Assembly (NCBI GenBank): GCA_043757545.1
Contig: JAYVPG010000050.1
Location: 3,785-67,784, forward strand
DNA: 64,000 nt
From: Pseudobdellovibrionaceae bacterium
GTDB lineage: Bacteria; Bdellovibrionota; Bdellovibrionia; Bdellovibrionales; UBA1609
Direction: 5' to 3'
The notes under the pieces were generated by a model that saw nothing but the letters and a program-made list of their open reading frames with translations, was not told where the DNA came from and ran no database searches. The position numbers and the translations under genes were made by a program. Below, in pieces: positions 48,441-57,975 of this stretch. Positions within the stretch are counted from its first letter, which is position 1. Every line of letters starts with the position of its first letter.

Positions 48441-50663
48441 TTAGCTGAAGACTTCGCGGGCGCTATGGCCCAGATATTCGCAGCGCGCCCCGAAACGCGT
48501 GTCTTCCCCATACAATAGAATTTCTTTGCTCTGCGAAAGTGCCGTCCGATGCAGGCTTGCCATAAAACTTTGCCCAGCCCGCTCAATCAACGAGAGGTCC
48601 CAGTTCATTTTCGCTAGGGCCGGAGTAAAATTAAAACAATTGCTGTACCAAATCGCGAAATTCCGTCCTCCGCTTGCCGCTATGATCGTGGCGGCAAATG
48701 TTGGATTGGCTAAGATATCGATTTGGTGAAAGTTCTTTTTTAATTGGCGAGCTTTTGAGTAGGTCGTAAAAAAAGCCTCTTCGCTTTCCCATGTGGTTAG
48801 CTCAGTCATCCATCGGTATTCAAAATCAGACTCATTCACCGTGAATTGAGCTTGGGCCAACTCAGGGGGAATATTTTGTCGAAGGCGGCGCAAAAAGGAC
48901 GGAAAATCGCGCCCATCCCAGTTTTCGAAAATATATTTTTTTAAAAAAAGTGCCTGAGCGGAAATATCAAAATAATGTAGTTCTGTAGCCTCGTGAAAAC
49001 CGTTAAAATCGAGGATATGTAAATCTTTAAAGCCTGCCGAAACCGATAAAACCGCGTCCATGCAGACGCGATTCTTTCTTCTCACCACGTCGCCTAAGCC
49101 TTCGGTGTTAAATAAAAAAACCTTACGTCCGAAATCGCCACCCTCCATGCAAAGATCATGTGCGATCGATTTTTGATGAGGCGAAAGTTCTAGGTCATCT
49201 AAGTTTTGCTCAAAGGTCGTAATATTGTCGAGAAGGCGTTCAACGGACTGTGGATTTTGTTCGGGATAGAGATATTTTTTCTCTTTGCGAACCGCGTCTG
49301 GCAAATTGGCGACTTCAAATCCTCGGCGCATAAACTTATCTAGAGCGTTCCAGCCGAAGACCCCGGGTTTCAGTCGAACTTCACCCTCACTGGGTCGAAT
49401 CCACAGCGGCGTGTAGTCGTCGTGGATGTTCTCGGCGCTACGTTTGGCGGCAATGATGTTTTGCGTTTCTAAACTCTTAAAAGCGAAACGGGGCCGGCCA
49501 CTTTCAATCCAGGCGCTGATTCGGACGGCAAAAAATTGATGATGCAGACCAAATCCGCGCTCTTTGCGGTCGAGAAGATGGCCCATCAGAGCGACTTCGG
49601 GCTTTGCATTTTTACAGGCCGCTTCGATAGACTGAAAAAACTTTTCCCCTGCGATGTTTCCAGGCGTCGAAATGGCACACCAATCGTAACCGGCCTCTGC
49701 ACATTCGGTTAAAATTCGCTGCAGAGAGTGATCGTCGTGAAATTTGACGACGTGATTTGAACGTAGCCTTAGGAAGTGAGTGGTCACCGCCTTAAGCTTG
49801 CGTGAGTATTCGGACGATGGAGAGCTTTCAAAATAGTCCCAGATCGCATAGGCAACACGTGGATTTTGGGCCTTGGGCTTCTTCGCGACGAGTTGAGATG
49901 ACGGACGAGCCTGAGCCTGCTCGAGCAGGTGTGCCTTGCCGCGTGCGAGAGCATCGTAGTACGCGGGACCGTAAGTTCCGTGAACAATAATGTGGATCCG
50001 ATCCTCAATGGAGTTATTCCACACGCCATGTTTATTAGAGATGTCCACGCAGAACGCCGTTCCGCCAGAGAAAGGGACGTGCCCGTAATTTTCAAAGAGC
50101 CAATGACAGTCTTTCGGCATATTCAGGGCGATGTTCAAAGGTCCCAGAGAAGTCATTCCATCGGGACGATCTTGATGAAACGAGATAAACCCGCCGGGTT
50201 CAAGCCACATGTATCTGACGCGAAAGAGTTTAGTAAAAAACCCTTTCGCCACCAAACTTTTCAGCCACGCGGTCGTCTGCGGGCAAGCGGCACTGGCGTC
50301 GGTCCATGCGTAGGGCACCTCCGCCTCATTCGCGTACCCGTAACTTTCAAAGGCGCGAGTTTTTTCGGAGTCGATTCCATGCAAGCAAAGACTCATCCAT
50401 CCCATGCTGTCACTCGCGCGATGAGGTACAAACAAATGCCGCGAAGCGCGCGCCTCGGCAATCATTTGTTCAGGTTCCCATTCCGGCAGTTGAACTTGGA
50501 GATATGGAATTTTAAGCTTTTTATGAAGCACGCGACCGTCGGTGATATCGCTGCAGTCTAGAATTCGTTCTTGGATGTACGAGGTCGTCCATTGATTCAA
50601 CTTGTCGTTGATCACGCTGCCAAATACCTGCGCGGGATTTATCGCCGGTTCGAACGTTTCCAT
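48441..50663 (-). CDS. fusion protein: Asp/Asn-beta-hydroxylase-type cupin domain plus a C-terminal domain of unknown function, paralogous to 55412..56596
   Basis: LEPGGFISFHQD...LNIALNMP...FCVDISNKHGVWNNSIEDRIHIIVHG resembles the AspH/LpxO (Asp_Arg_Hydrox) pattern. The C-terminal ~470 aa align by eye with the 394-aa ORF (AYAIWDY/FYAIWNR; FNTE; SGFKDL; HYFD; LFLKKYIFENWDGRDFP/LLFKKYMFEKWDGRDFP; FAIWYSNCFNFTPALA/FAVWYSNCFGFTPALA). The ATG at 50663 has AAGGAG 10 nt upstream; the ORF opens at 50867. Confidence 0.7.
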   Translation of the reverse strand: METFEPAINPAQVFGSVINDKLNQWTTSYIQERILDCSDITDGRVLHKKLKIPYLQVQLPEWEPEQMIAEARASRHLFVPHRASDSMGWMSLCLHGIDSEKTRAFESYGYANEAEVPYAWTDASAACPQTTAWLKSLVAKGFFTKLFRVRYMWLEPGGFISFHQDRPDGMTSLGPLNIALNMPKDCHWLFENYGHVPFSGGTAFCVDISNKHGVWNNSIEDRIHIIVHGTYGPAYYDALARGKAHLLEQAQARPSSQLVAKKPKAQNPRVAYAIWDYFESSPSSEYSRKLKAVTTHFLRLRSNHVVKFHDDHSLQRILTECAEAGYDWCAISTPGNIAGEKFFQSIEAACKNAKPEVALMGHLLDRKERGFGLHHQFFAVRISAWIESGRPRFAFKSLETQNIIAAKRSAENIHDDYTPLWIRPSEGEVRLKPGVFGWNALDKFMRRGFEVANLPDAVRKEKKYLYPEQNPQSVERLLDNITTFEQNLDDLELSPHQKSIAHDLCMEGGDFGRKVFLFNTEGLGDVVRRKNRVCMDAVLSVSAGFKDLHILDFNGFHEATELHYFDISAQALFLKKYIFENWDGRDFPSFLRRLRQNIPPELAQAQFTVNESDFEYRWMTELTTWESEEAFFTTYSKARQLKKNFHQIDILANPTFAATIIAASGGRNFAIWYSNCFNFTPALAKMNWDLSLIERAGQSFMASLHRTALSQSKEILLYGEDTRFGARCEYLGHSAREVFS

Positions 50664-50753
50664 TGAGTTGTCGCTCCTTCGTTGTTCTACTTTACAAAGC
50701 ACGGTAGGAGTGATGTCTAGGTCTATTTTATAACTTTGTCCGCAGGAGGGCCA

Positions 50754-52085
50754 TTGATCGAGCGCGCGAAGAAAAGCGGAAGTTTTTGCATCTATCCATT
50801 TACCCACCTCGCGACCAAAACTGAGGGGACCTTTAAGCTTTGTTGTCGCAGTGAGCCGATTGCGCATGTGGACTCGAGCTCAGCGCTTGAGACTTGGAAT
50901 GGCGAGATTTACCGTCGCGTTCGCCGCCAGATGCTCAACGGGGAGCGTCCTCCGGAATGTGATGATTGTTGGCGTTTGGAGGACGTGGGCACTCGCTCAA
51001 TGCGTCAACGTGCCGGGAACCCGTCGTTTCGGGATAGTCGCTGGAATCGACACTCTCATGTGCTCCAGAGTTGCGCCGAGGATGGCACAATGTCGATCAC
51101 CCCCAAAACGCTCGAAATGAAAGTCAGCAATGTCTGCAATTTGAAATGTCGCATGTGTAGTCCGATTGATTCGACTTCGTGGGCGAGTGAATGGCCCGAG
51201 GTCGAAGATCTGCATAAGGTCCACAACACTTGGGCCTATGAAACCGCCCGCGAATACGGTCTTAGTCAAAAGCCAAAGCTTGCGGGTTTTGAAGACAACG
51301 CGAAATGGTGGTCTGAGTTTGACGAAATGATAGAACATTTGGAACTGGTGGAGTTTGCTGGCGGTGAGCCATTGATCGACCCCATTCATTACCGCATTCT
51401 GAAATTGATGGCGCGACGTGGCGGCCATATTCGACTCAAGTACAGCACCAATTTGACCAAACTCTCCTGTCAGGGAACGCAAGTCTTTGATCTTTGGAAG
51501 CAGTTTGCCGGCGTTTCGGTTTATGCAAGCGTCGACGGTGTAGGCGCGGTGTATGACTACATTCGGACGGGAACGACTTTTTCCAAAATTGAGCGGAACC
51601 TTAAACTTCTGCAGGCCGAGAAATCCATTCCGCTCGATGAGCTCGCCATCGCGTGTACGATTCAAGTTTACAATTGTTTTCAGTTGCCCGAGATTGCCAC
51701 TTATTTTCAAGCATTGGGCGTGAAGCTGCACACGCACCGGGTCACCTTTCCGACGTTTTTAAGTGCGCAGATTTTGCCCCTAGATATCAAGGCGCGTTTG
51801 ACGGCGGAGATCGCTCGCTACATGCAGCGTACACCCAACGGCAAATACGAAGAGCAGATGTTTGCTCCCATCAATAAGCATTTCGAGGATCACTTGAATT
51901 TCATGAATGGTCGCGATGAGTCGGCGCTGCTTCCGGTGTTTAAGGATTTTACGGATCGTACGGATCGTTTGCGGGGAACGGATGTGCGAACGCTACACCC
52001 TTGGCTCGCCGAAGTTATGGATCGTATTCCCGTTCTACCGCGACCTGCTCTGAGTGAGACTGTCACCTTCAACAGCTTGTCTTAA
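50754..52085 (+). CDS. radical SAM enzyme with an N-terminal twitch/SPASM-like motif (paralog 2 of 9)
   Basis: FCIYPFTHLATKTEGTFKLCC; CDDCWRLE; CNLKCRMC; FAGGEPL; SVDGVGAVYDYIR. There is no ATG before the first Cys. The TTG at 50754 has AGGAGG 4 nt upstream; the ORF opens at the TTG at 50736. Confidence 0.8.
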   Translation: MIERAKKSGSFCIYPFTHLATKTEGTFKLCCRSEPIAHVDSSSALETWNGEIYRRVRRQMLNGERPPECDDCWRLEDVGTRSMRQRAGNPSFRDSRWNRHSHVLQSCAEDGTMSITPKTLEMKVSNVCNLKCRMCSPIDSTSWASEWPEVEDLHKVHNTWAYETAREYGLSQKPKLAGFEDNAKWWSEFDEMIEHLELVEFAGGEPLIDPIHYRILKLMARRGGHIRLKYSTNLTKLSCQGTQVFDLWKQFAGVSVYASVDGVGAVYDYIRTGTTFSKIERNLKLLQAEKSIPLDELAIACTIQVYNCFQLPEIATYFQALGVKLHTHRVTFPTFLSAQILPLDIKARLTAEIARYMQRTPNGKYEEQMFAPINKHFEDHLNFMNGRDESALLPVFKDFTDRTDRLRGTDVRTLHPWLAEVMDRIPVLPRPALSETVTFNSLS

Positions 52086-53009
52086 GAATTCGGGAACTTT
52101 GCCCTTGCGGTGAAAATCGCGAATGGCTTTGGCTAGACCAATGCGGTTGACGACACCATCGCGGGTGAATGAGTTCCAGTTCTGATCACCGGTCCCAAGA
52201 TGCACCGAATCCGATGGTGTAAGACCCAAATGAGTGCAAACGGCCTCTTGAGCAGCGCGATAGGTTTCATAAATAAAATCTGGAGAATAGCGACGCATGA
52301 GAAATAGAGAAATCTGCACATTCAAATGTATTCCATGGCGCCACTCGTTTTGCAGGTGCAAGTGACCGAGTTGCACGCGGGAAAACGTGAGACCCGCCCG
52401 CCAATTGCCACAGCCAAGGCCTTTGGTTGTTGAAAAGGCCACTCCATGGATAGTGGGATGCGAGAGATCGATATGAATTTTCGCACAGGTTCCAAAAAAA
52501 GCAGCATCTACGAAAATGGGAATTTCAAGTGAGGCGCAGGTCTTCAGAAGCTCAGGCCATCGGGGGTGTAGACCACCGGTTCCTGAAAATGGGACCGACA
52601 CGATCACGGCGTCTCCGCGCACCAGGGGCTGGTCGTCGAGATACTGCGAATCACTCCAGATCGACTGAGAATCGCGATTGTAAGGATATTCTCCGCGCAA
52701 AAGGCGCAAGCGGCGCGCGGATTGCGCGATCCAGGCGTGCCATTCATCCAAAGCTTGGGTCACTCCCAGGCTTACATAGCGAAATGGAAACTCATTCAGA
52801 CCGAGAAAAGAGTTGAGCCGCGAAGACAGAATCCACTTTGGGTATTCAGTTGAAAAAGCTGAGGGGTCATTCAGCTCCGGAAATCCGTCCGCCAACAGAT
52901 GATTCAAGAAATTAGCCTCAAGGAGATCTTTACGAAATCCATCGTGATAAATGGAATTCGCAGACTTTAAAAGATAGTTCGCGTCGGCGTGCGAAAAAGC
53001 GGTCGCCAA
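52035..53009 (-). CDS. possible PLP-dependent (fold-type-I-like) enzyme; otherwise hypothetical
   Basis: Order of elements GVTQALD ... VSVPFSGTGG ... IFVDAAFFG ... FSTTKGLG (candidate Schiff-base Lys) resembles aminotransferase-superfamily spacing. The TTG start directly follows the upstream TAA. This is a weak call. Confidence 0.35.
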   Translation of the reverse strand: MATAFSHADANYLLKSANSIYHDGFRKDLLEANFLNHLLADGFPELNDPSAFSTEYPKWILSSRLNSFLGLNEFPFRYVSLGVTQALDEWHAWIAQSARRLRLLRGEYPYNRDSQSIWSDSQYLDDQPLVRGDAVIVSVPFSGTGGLHPRWPELLKTCASLEIPIFVDAAFFGTCAKIHIDLSHPTIHGVAFSTTKGLGCGNWRAGLTFSRVQLGHLHLQNEWRHGIHLNVQISLFLMRRYSPDFIYETYRAAQEAVCTHLGLTPSDSVHLGTGDQNWNSFTRDGVVNRIGLAKAIRDFHRKGKVPEFLRQAVEGDSLTQSRSR

Positions 53010-54236
53010 TTAATTCACCCGGGCCTTGGCGTGTTCCATTGCCTCGTGCATCGGGCCACGAAATGATTCGGGAATCAGAGACAGAAAGTTTTGTTCGCGA
53101 ATCGCGTCCATTTTCTCCGTGTAAGAGCAGAAATCGGTGAAGTCGGAGTCTGAGCCCGGGCTCATCATCCAATTTATAAACTGATCCAATTTGGGAGAAA
53201 ATAGCGGAGCGTACTTCTCTTTGATTCTCATCTTGATCGGTTGCGGCAGACACTGCACTGAGAGTTTGGGAGGAAATGAGAGATAGTTAAACGCGATGGA
53301 AAAGCCAAAAGAATCTCCCCACGACAAAAGCTGTTCCAACTCAAACGCGTTGTAGATCTGAATTGTGCAGATGCCCGTCATGCGCGCTTGCGGGAGTTCC
53401 TGTTTCAGGGCTCGCACTCGCGAATCTACAAAATTCCACTGCGCTGGAAAACGGATGTACTCGTTCACCGGTCCATAGCCATCGATACTGCAGTCGATGG
53501 TCACGTGCTTGAACTGACGGGCGCGATCCACAAAACGTTGATCAAATTTTGCTAGATTCGTGCTCCAGCGCACGCGCATATTTTTCGCGGCGCCCGAGGC
53601 AATGGCATAGTCCAAAATATCTAAATGTTCTGGGATTAGGGACGGTTCGCCGCCTAGAAAGTAGACTTCTTCGGCATATGGAATCAAGCGTTCAAGCTCC
53701 GCTTTAAATTTTCCGTCTTGCAGAAGGTTGCCGAAGCGCCGGTTAAACCCACGTGCGAATTCGGCCGTCACCGCGCCGGTCGCGACGGATTCTGTTAAAA
53801 TCGCGGAGCTGGTTTCATCATTGCACATTCGACATTTCAAATTGCATTGGGTGCCCAATTTTATGTCCCACGAGAGCGGGCGAAACGGCAGTTCTGCGGA
53901 CTCTTGTAGGCGTGCAAAAGTTTTCGCAAGATAACGGTTGCCGTCGTCAATGCGCTTGCTCTTTAGGCCGAGGTCCTCGAGCTTCCAGCACTGCTGGCAT
54001 TGAGGATCGCGGACTCCGTTCAACATATTGGCACGCAGGCTGTCCATATAGGGCGAGAAAAATGCATTTTCAAATGAATCGCCCTGATCCAGGCGATAGG
54101 GTTCTCCGTTCTCTTTGCGAATCGGAGTTTGGCTATGGCAGCAGGCGCTGATCTCGCCCGTGGTCATATTATTTATATGAACAAAGGGGAGTGTGCAAAA
54201 AACTTTAGAATTGGTTTTAAGGGGCGTGTCTGACAT
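53010..54236 (-). CDS. radical SAM enzyme with an N-terminal twitch/SPASM-like motif (paralog 3 of 9)
   Basis: FCTLPFVHINNMTTGEISACC; CQQCWKLE; CNLKCRMC; FLGGEPS; SIDGYGPVNEYIRFPAQW. Start is either the ATG at 54236 or the GTG at 54254. Confidence 0.85.
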   Translation of the reverse strand: MSDTPLKTNSKVFCTLPFVHINNMTTGEISACCHSQTPIRKENGEPYRLDQGDSFENAFFSPYMDSLRANMLNGVRDPQCQQCWKLEDLGLKSKRIDDGNRYLAKTFARLQESAELPFRPLSWDIKLGTQCNLKCRMCNDETSSAILTESVATGAVTAEFARGFNRRFGNLLQDGKFKAELERLIPYAEEVYFLGGEPSLIPEHLDILDYAIASGAAKNMRVRWSTNLAKFDQRFVDRARQFKHVTIDCSIDGYGPVNEYIRFPAQWNFVDSRVRALKQELPQARMTGICTIQIYNAFELEQLLSWGDSFGFSIAFNYLSFPPKLSVQCLPQPIKMRIKEKYAPLFSPKLDQFINWMMSPGSDSDFTDFCSYTEKMDAIREQNFLSLIPESFRGPMHEAMEHAKARVN

Positions 54237-54325
54237 AGACCGAAAAGTTAGCACTAGTTGAAGCCCATGGGGAATTCAAAATCACATTGACAGTCAGGTT
54301 GCCGCGGTGATCGACTTCTGCGGCT

Positions 54326-55396
54326 ATGAAGATCGAGTCTTATTCCGAATTTCAACCTCTAGAAGAGGTGATTGTGGGGCGCGCGCATCCGCCTTCCGCA
54401 TTTGCCAACTCGAGTGATCCCGAAACCATGGACAGCATCGGTCGCGTTTTAGGTGAAACGGAAGAGGATATTCAGGACTTAGTGCGTTTGCTGGAGCGCG
54501 AGGGCGTGAAAGTGCATCGCCCGCAAATTCGCTACACAGTGTCAAATGACGGCGAGTCCGAGCCGTACTCGTATCAAATGCAAAACATGACCTTTCGCTT
54601 CCCGAACCACCCTTTGATGCCACGGGACACCGCGTTTGTCTATGGCGACACGGTGGCGGAAACCTACACTCGTTCACAAAATCGTTTTTTAGAAAACTCT
54701 GGTTACTACGAATTGTTTAAAAGTGCCTGGGAGCAAGGCGCCCATTGGGTATCGCTGCCGCAGCCAACCCTTTACGATAAACGCAAATCCTATTTGGAAT
54801 ATGCTCCCGACACTCTGCTTTATCACGCGGCGAATATGATTAAATGCGGCTCGACCGTATTTCACACTCAACCGCAATCGGCAGAGTACCCAACGGGAAA
54901 AGGCACGACGGCCGGTTTGAACTGGTTCCGTCGACAATTTCCCAAAGTCAGTTTTGAGCAAGCCCCCTGTGGCGGGCATGCGGACGGAAAAATGGCGCTC
55001 TTAAAGCCGGGCTTGGTGATCTGTTGGAATCGCGAACATTTGCCCCCATCGTTGCGCGAATGGGATTGTATTTTGGTAGAGCCCAAAGAGCAGTTGCCAG
55101 AATCTTTCGCGAATATGCGCAAGGAACGTTTCTATAAAGATTTTGTGAAGCGTTGGCTGAGTGAGTGGATCGGGTATGTGGACGAAACCGTATTTGACGT
55201 GAATGTCTTTTCCGTGCGCGAAGATCTGGTGATTTGTACGGGCTATGACGCGGATATTTTTCGCCAGTTGGAAGCCCGTGGCGTGACCCCTATCCTGTGG
55301 AATTTTCGTCACCAATACTTCTGGGATGGAGGCATTCACTGCCTCACTTTGGACGTCAAACGTAGCGGCGGCTGCGAAGACTATTTTTCCCGATAG
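54326..55396 (+). CDS. amidinotransferase (glycine/inosamine amidinotransferase family, GATM/StrB1-like)
   Basis: The length, the N-terminal EVIVG segment, a mid-protein His (CGGHADGKMALLKPG) and the C-terminal GGIHCLTLDVKR with the active-site Cys match the guanidino-group-modifying fold. Confidence 0.8.
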   Translation: MKIESYSEFQPLEEVIVGRAHPPSAFANSSDPETMDSIGRVLGETEEDIQDLVRLLEREGVKVHRPQIRYTVSNDGESEPYSYQMQNMTFRFPNHPLMPRDTAFVYGDTVAETYTRSQNRFLENSGYYELFKSAWEQGAHWVSLPQPTLYDKRKSYLEYAPDTLLYHAANMIKCGSTVFHTQPQSAEYPTGKGTTAGLNWFRRQFPKVSFEQAPCGGHADGKMALLKPGLVICWNREHLPPSLREWDCILVEPKEQLPESFANMRKERFYKDFVKRWLSEWIGYVDETVFDVNVFSVREDLVICTGYDADIFRQLEARGVTPILWNFRHQYFWDGGIHCLTLDVKRSGGCEDYFSR

Positions 55397-55411
55397 GCGT
55401 GCTCCCTAAAT

Positions 55412-56596
55412 TTAGTCGTAGAGCTCAGACGCTAAACGGGAAGTTCTGGCCGACTTTCCCATCGTGACTATATCTGGACCATAGAGAACGATTTGACGAT
55501 CGTTCTGCGCACTCGCTGCGTGTAGGGACGAGAGAAATCTTCGTCCCTGCCCCTCAATCCAATCCAAATCCCAATTGAACTGGGCGAGCGCAGGTGTAAA
55601 TCCGAAACAGTTGCTATACCAAACTGCAAACTGCTGACCGGGAGTTTCTGTTAAGGACTTCGCAAGGCCTTGCGGATTTCTCACGACGTCCACGCAGTTG
55701 TAAAATTGTTTTAATTTCTGCGCCGTTCGGAAGGCGGTGAGGAATTCGGATTCACCTCCCCATTGCTCCAACTCCTCAAGCCAGCGAGTATTTAATTGCG
55801 CAGGCTCGAGCGGGGGAACGACTTCGGTCAATGGATCGGCATGAGTGGAGATAAACTGTGCCAACATTGCAGGAAAGTCGCGTCCGTCCCACTTCTCAAA
55901 CATATACTTTTTAAATAGAAGCGATTGTGGGCAAAGGTCAAAATAATGAATCTGAGTTTGCGTGTGGCTTCCGTGCGCCGCCAAAAGAAATAAATCCTTA
56001 AAACCGGAGGCCAAAGTGAAAAGTGCATCTAGAGGGCGACGCTTCTTCTTCCCCTCAATCGCGCGATAATTTTCGGTATTGAACACAAACATTTCATGGC
56101 TATAACCCCGGCATTGATAATGCAAATATTCCAGCGCTGAACCCGACGGCCACTCAGCGCTCTGAATCCCCTTTAGATCCACGGCCAGCTGTTCAGGTGA
56201 CGCTTCGACGTTCAAGTCGGTCATGGCGAGCGTGACGCTGGGTGCGGTTTTGGAGGGGTGAAGATTTTGATCGACTTCCCTGTCACAGCGATAGGCGATC
56301 AGGCCAGGTGCCAGCTCTAGATAAGCCGTCTGACTTCCCTGTTCACATAAAATATTTTCGACATCTCTAAAAAAATCTGCGCTCTTGATCAATTGTCCTG
56401 GTTGAAGAGTCACGCACCACTGAGCTTGAGTTCGGCGCGCAGCTTCGAGCAGGCGAGTCAGCGAATGGTCATAGGCAAATTCAACCGGTCCGGAACTATT
56501 GAGTTTCAAAGTGTGAAGAGTGAGGTTGCGCGCGATTCTTACGAGGTCGGTCTCAACCTGCGAAGATAGACGATTCCAAATCGCGTAAAATGTCAT
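55412..56596 (-). CDS. protein of unknown function, a free-standing paralog of the C-terminal domain of 48441..50663
   Basis: See the motif pairs listed for 48441..50663. The ATG directly follows the TAG of the upstream rSAM gene (TAGATG). Confidence 0.7.
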   Translation of the reverse strand: MTFYAIWNRLSSQVETDLVRIARNLTLHTLKLNSSGPVEFAYDHSLTRLLEAARRTQAQWCVTLQPGQLIKSADFFRDVENILCEQGSQTAYLELAPGLIAYRCDREVDQNLHPSKTAPSVTLAMTDLNVEASPEQLAVDLKGIQSAEWPSGSALEYLHYQCRGYSHEMFVFNTENYRAIEGKKKRRPLDALFTLASGFKDLFLLAAHGSHTQTQIHYFDLCPQSLLFKKYMFEKWDGRDFPAMLAQFISTHADPLTEVVPPLEPAQLNTRWLEELEQWGGESEFLTAFRTAQKLKQFYNCVDVVRNPQGLAKSLTETPGQQFAVWYSNCFGFTPALAQFNWDLDWIEGQGRRFLSSLHAASAQNDRQIVLYGPDIVTMGKSARTSRLASELYD

Positions 56597-57871
56597 CTAA
56601 AGTGCCGCGCCCAATTGGCTGTGAATCGCCTGCGCCAGTTCCGGCGCCAAGGCTTCTAGATTTTCGCCGCGCGACTGATTGAGGATTTGAGTTTTATTCG
56701 CGAACTCAGCAAACGACTGTGCAAAAGTGTCCTGCCCAAACATGTACCGACTGAGATCGCGCACGCGCTCCCACGCTGAGTCTTGCTGATGAAAGGATTC
56801 GCGAGGATGCTCGATGAGCCACTGATCGATGCGCTGACTTGCGAGCTGTTTGAGCTCAAGAGGGAGCGCACGAATATTCAACCAATGCGGATGGTTTAAA
56901 ATATTCAAGTAAGGAATGGTGCGGAAATTTCGGCGTTGTAAAACAAAATCTAAAATTTCACTTAAATTTAAAATATTGTAAGCCTGGACAGTCACATGAA
57001 CATTGGCGTCCAGCCCAGGCATGCGGTCGGCCATATCGTCGATCAGATCCATATTGCGTTCGACATCGCTCCATCGCGTGGGATGGCGGATGTATTCATT
57101 CAGCGTGCCCACGCCATCCATTGAACAATTGAGTTTTACCTTTTTAAAATTCGACCAATGGCGAATCACTGAGGCGGGTAAAACAGTCAAGTTGGTATTG
57201 TATTTTAAAGTGAGTTCAGGCGCGCGATTGTTTTCCACCAAATACTCTAGAATTCGCACATGCGCTTTGCTCAGCATCGGCTCGCCGCCGGTAAAATAAA
57301 TTTTGTCGATGGTCTCTAAATGAGGTTTCAAGTTTTCGAAAAATTCTTCGCCCTCAAACCAATCCAGCTTCGCCAATCGGGCGCGCTGTTTTTCATCCAT
57401 GGGCGATTCGATCAGATCCCAATCCTCCAACCATTTTTGACTCGCATAGGGGTTGCACATGCGGCATTTCAGGTTGCAGAGATTACCTAAGCGCAGGTCC
57501 AAATAGCGCACCTCGACGGGAGTTCCCCCGTCTTCGGAAGTGATTTCTTTTAGAGTCGTAACGTTCGTAGAATAAAACTCATTCCAGGCGTGACGGGGAG
57601 AGCGAATGCCAGAGTCTTCCTCTTTAAAACATCGCGCACAAGCCGCCGGACGCTCGCCCGTGAGCATCTGTTGACGAATCTGCCGTTGTGACGACGCATT
57701 CCATGCGGCCTCGATCGAACCTGGCTTAGCCAGCGAAAACGAGGCCTCACCTTCGCGGATTAGGTTGAGGCCCGGAATGCTGTTACAGCAAAGGCGAATC
57801 TGGCCCGAGGAATTTGTCGCCAAATGCTTCCAAGCTAAGGCACAGTGGGTATCGGTTGGCGAATGGCTCAT
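56597..57871 (-). CDS. radical SAM enzyme with an N-terminal twitch/SPASM-like motif (paralog 4 of 9)
   Basis: HCALAWKHLATNSSGQIRLCC; CARCFKEE; CNLKCRMC; FTGGEPM; SMDGVGTLNEYIRHPTRW. Start is either the ATG at 57871 or the GTG at 57907. Confidence 0.85.
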   Translation of the reverse strand: MSHSPTDTHCALAWKHLATNSSGQIRLCCNSIPGLNLIREGEASFSLAKPGSIEAAWNASSQRQIRQQMLTGERPAACARCFKEEDSGIRSPRHAWNEFYSTNVTTLKEITSEDGGTPVEVRYLDLRLGNLCNLKCRMCNPYASQKWLEDWDLIESPMDEKQRARLAKLDWFEGEEFFENLKPHLETIDKIYFTGGEPMLSKAHVRILEYLVENNRAPELTLKYNTNLTVLPASVIRHWSNFKKVKLNCSMDGVGTLNEYIRHPTRWSDVERNMDLIDDMADRMPGLDANVHVTVQAYNILNLSEILDFVLQRRNFRTIPYLNILNHPHWLNIRALPLELKQLASQRIDQWLIEHPRESFHQQDSAWERVRDLSRYMFGQDTFAQSFAEFANKTQILNQSRGENLEALAPELAQAIHSQLGAAL

Positions 57872-57975
57872 ACTATTCGAATAGGGCGGGAAGCGAATAA
57901 AGTCCACTCCTTAAAATTTTCAGATTTTATCCAATAGGGAGTGGTGGTAGTTTTTATTTCTACGGGGACGGCCAG

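Noticed and set aside
44696-51737. Long antisense ORFs inside locus genes (44696..45316 +, 49929..50561 +, 50997..51737 -, and others)
   Set aside because: Each lies opposite an ORF with clear catalytic motifs and has no motifs of its own. This is typical of shadow ORFs.
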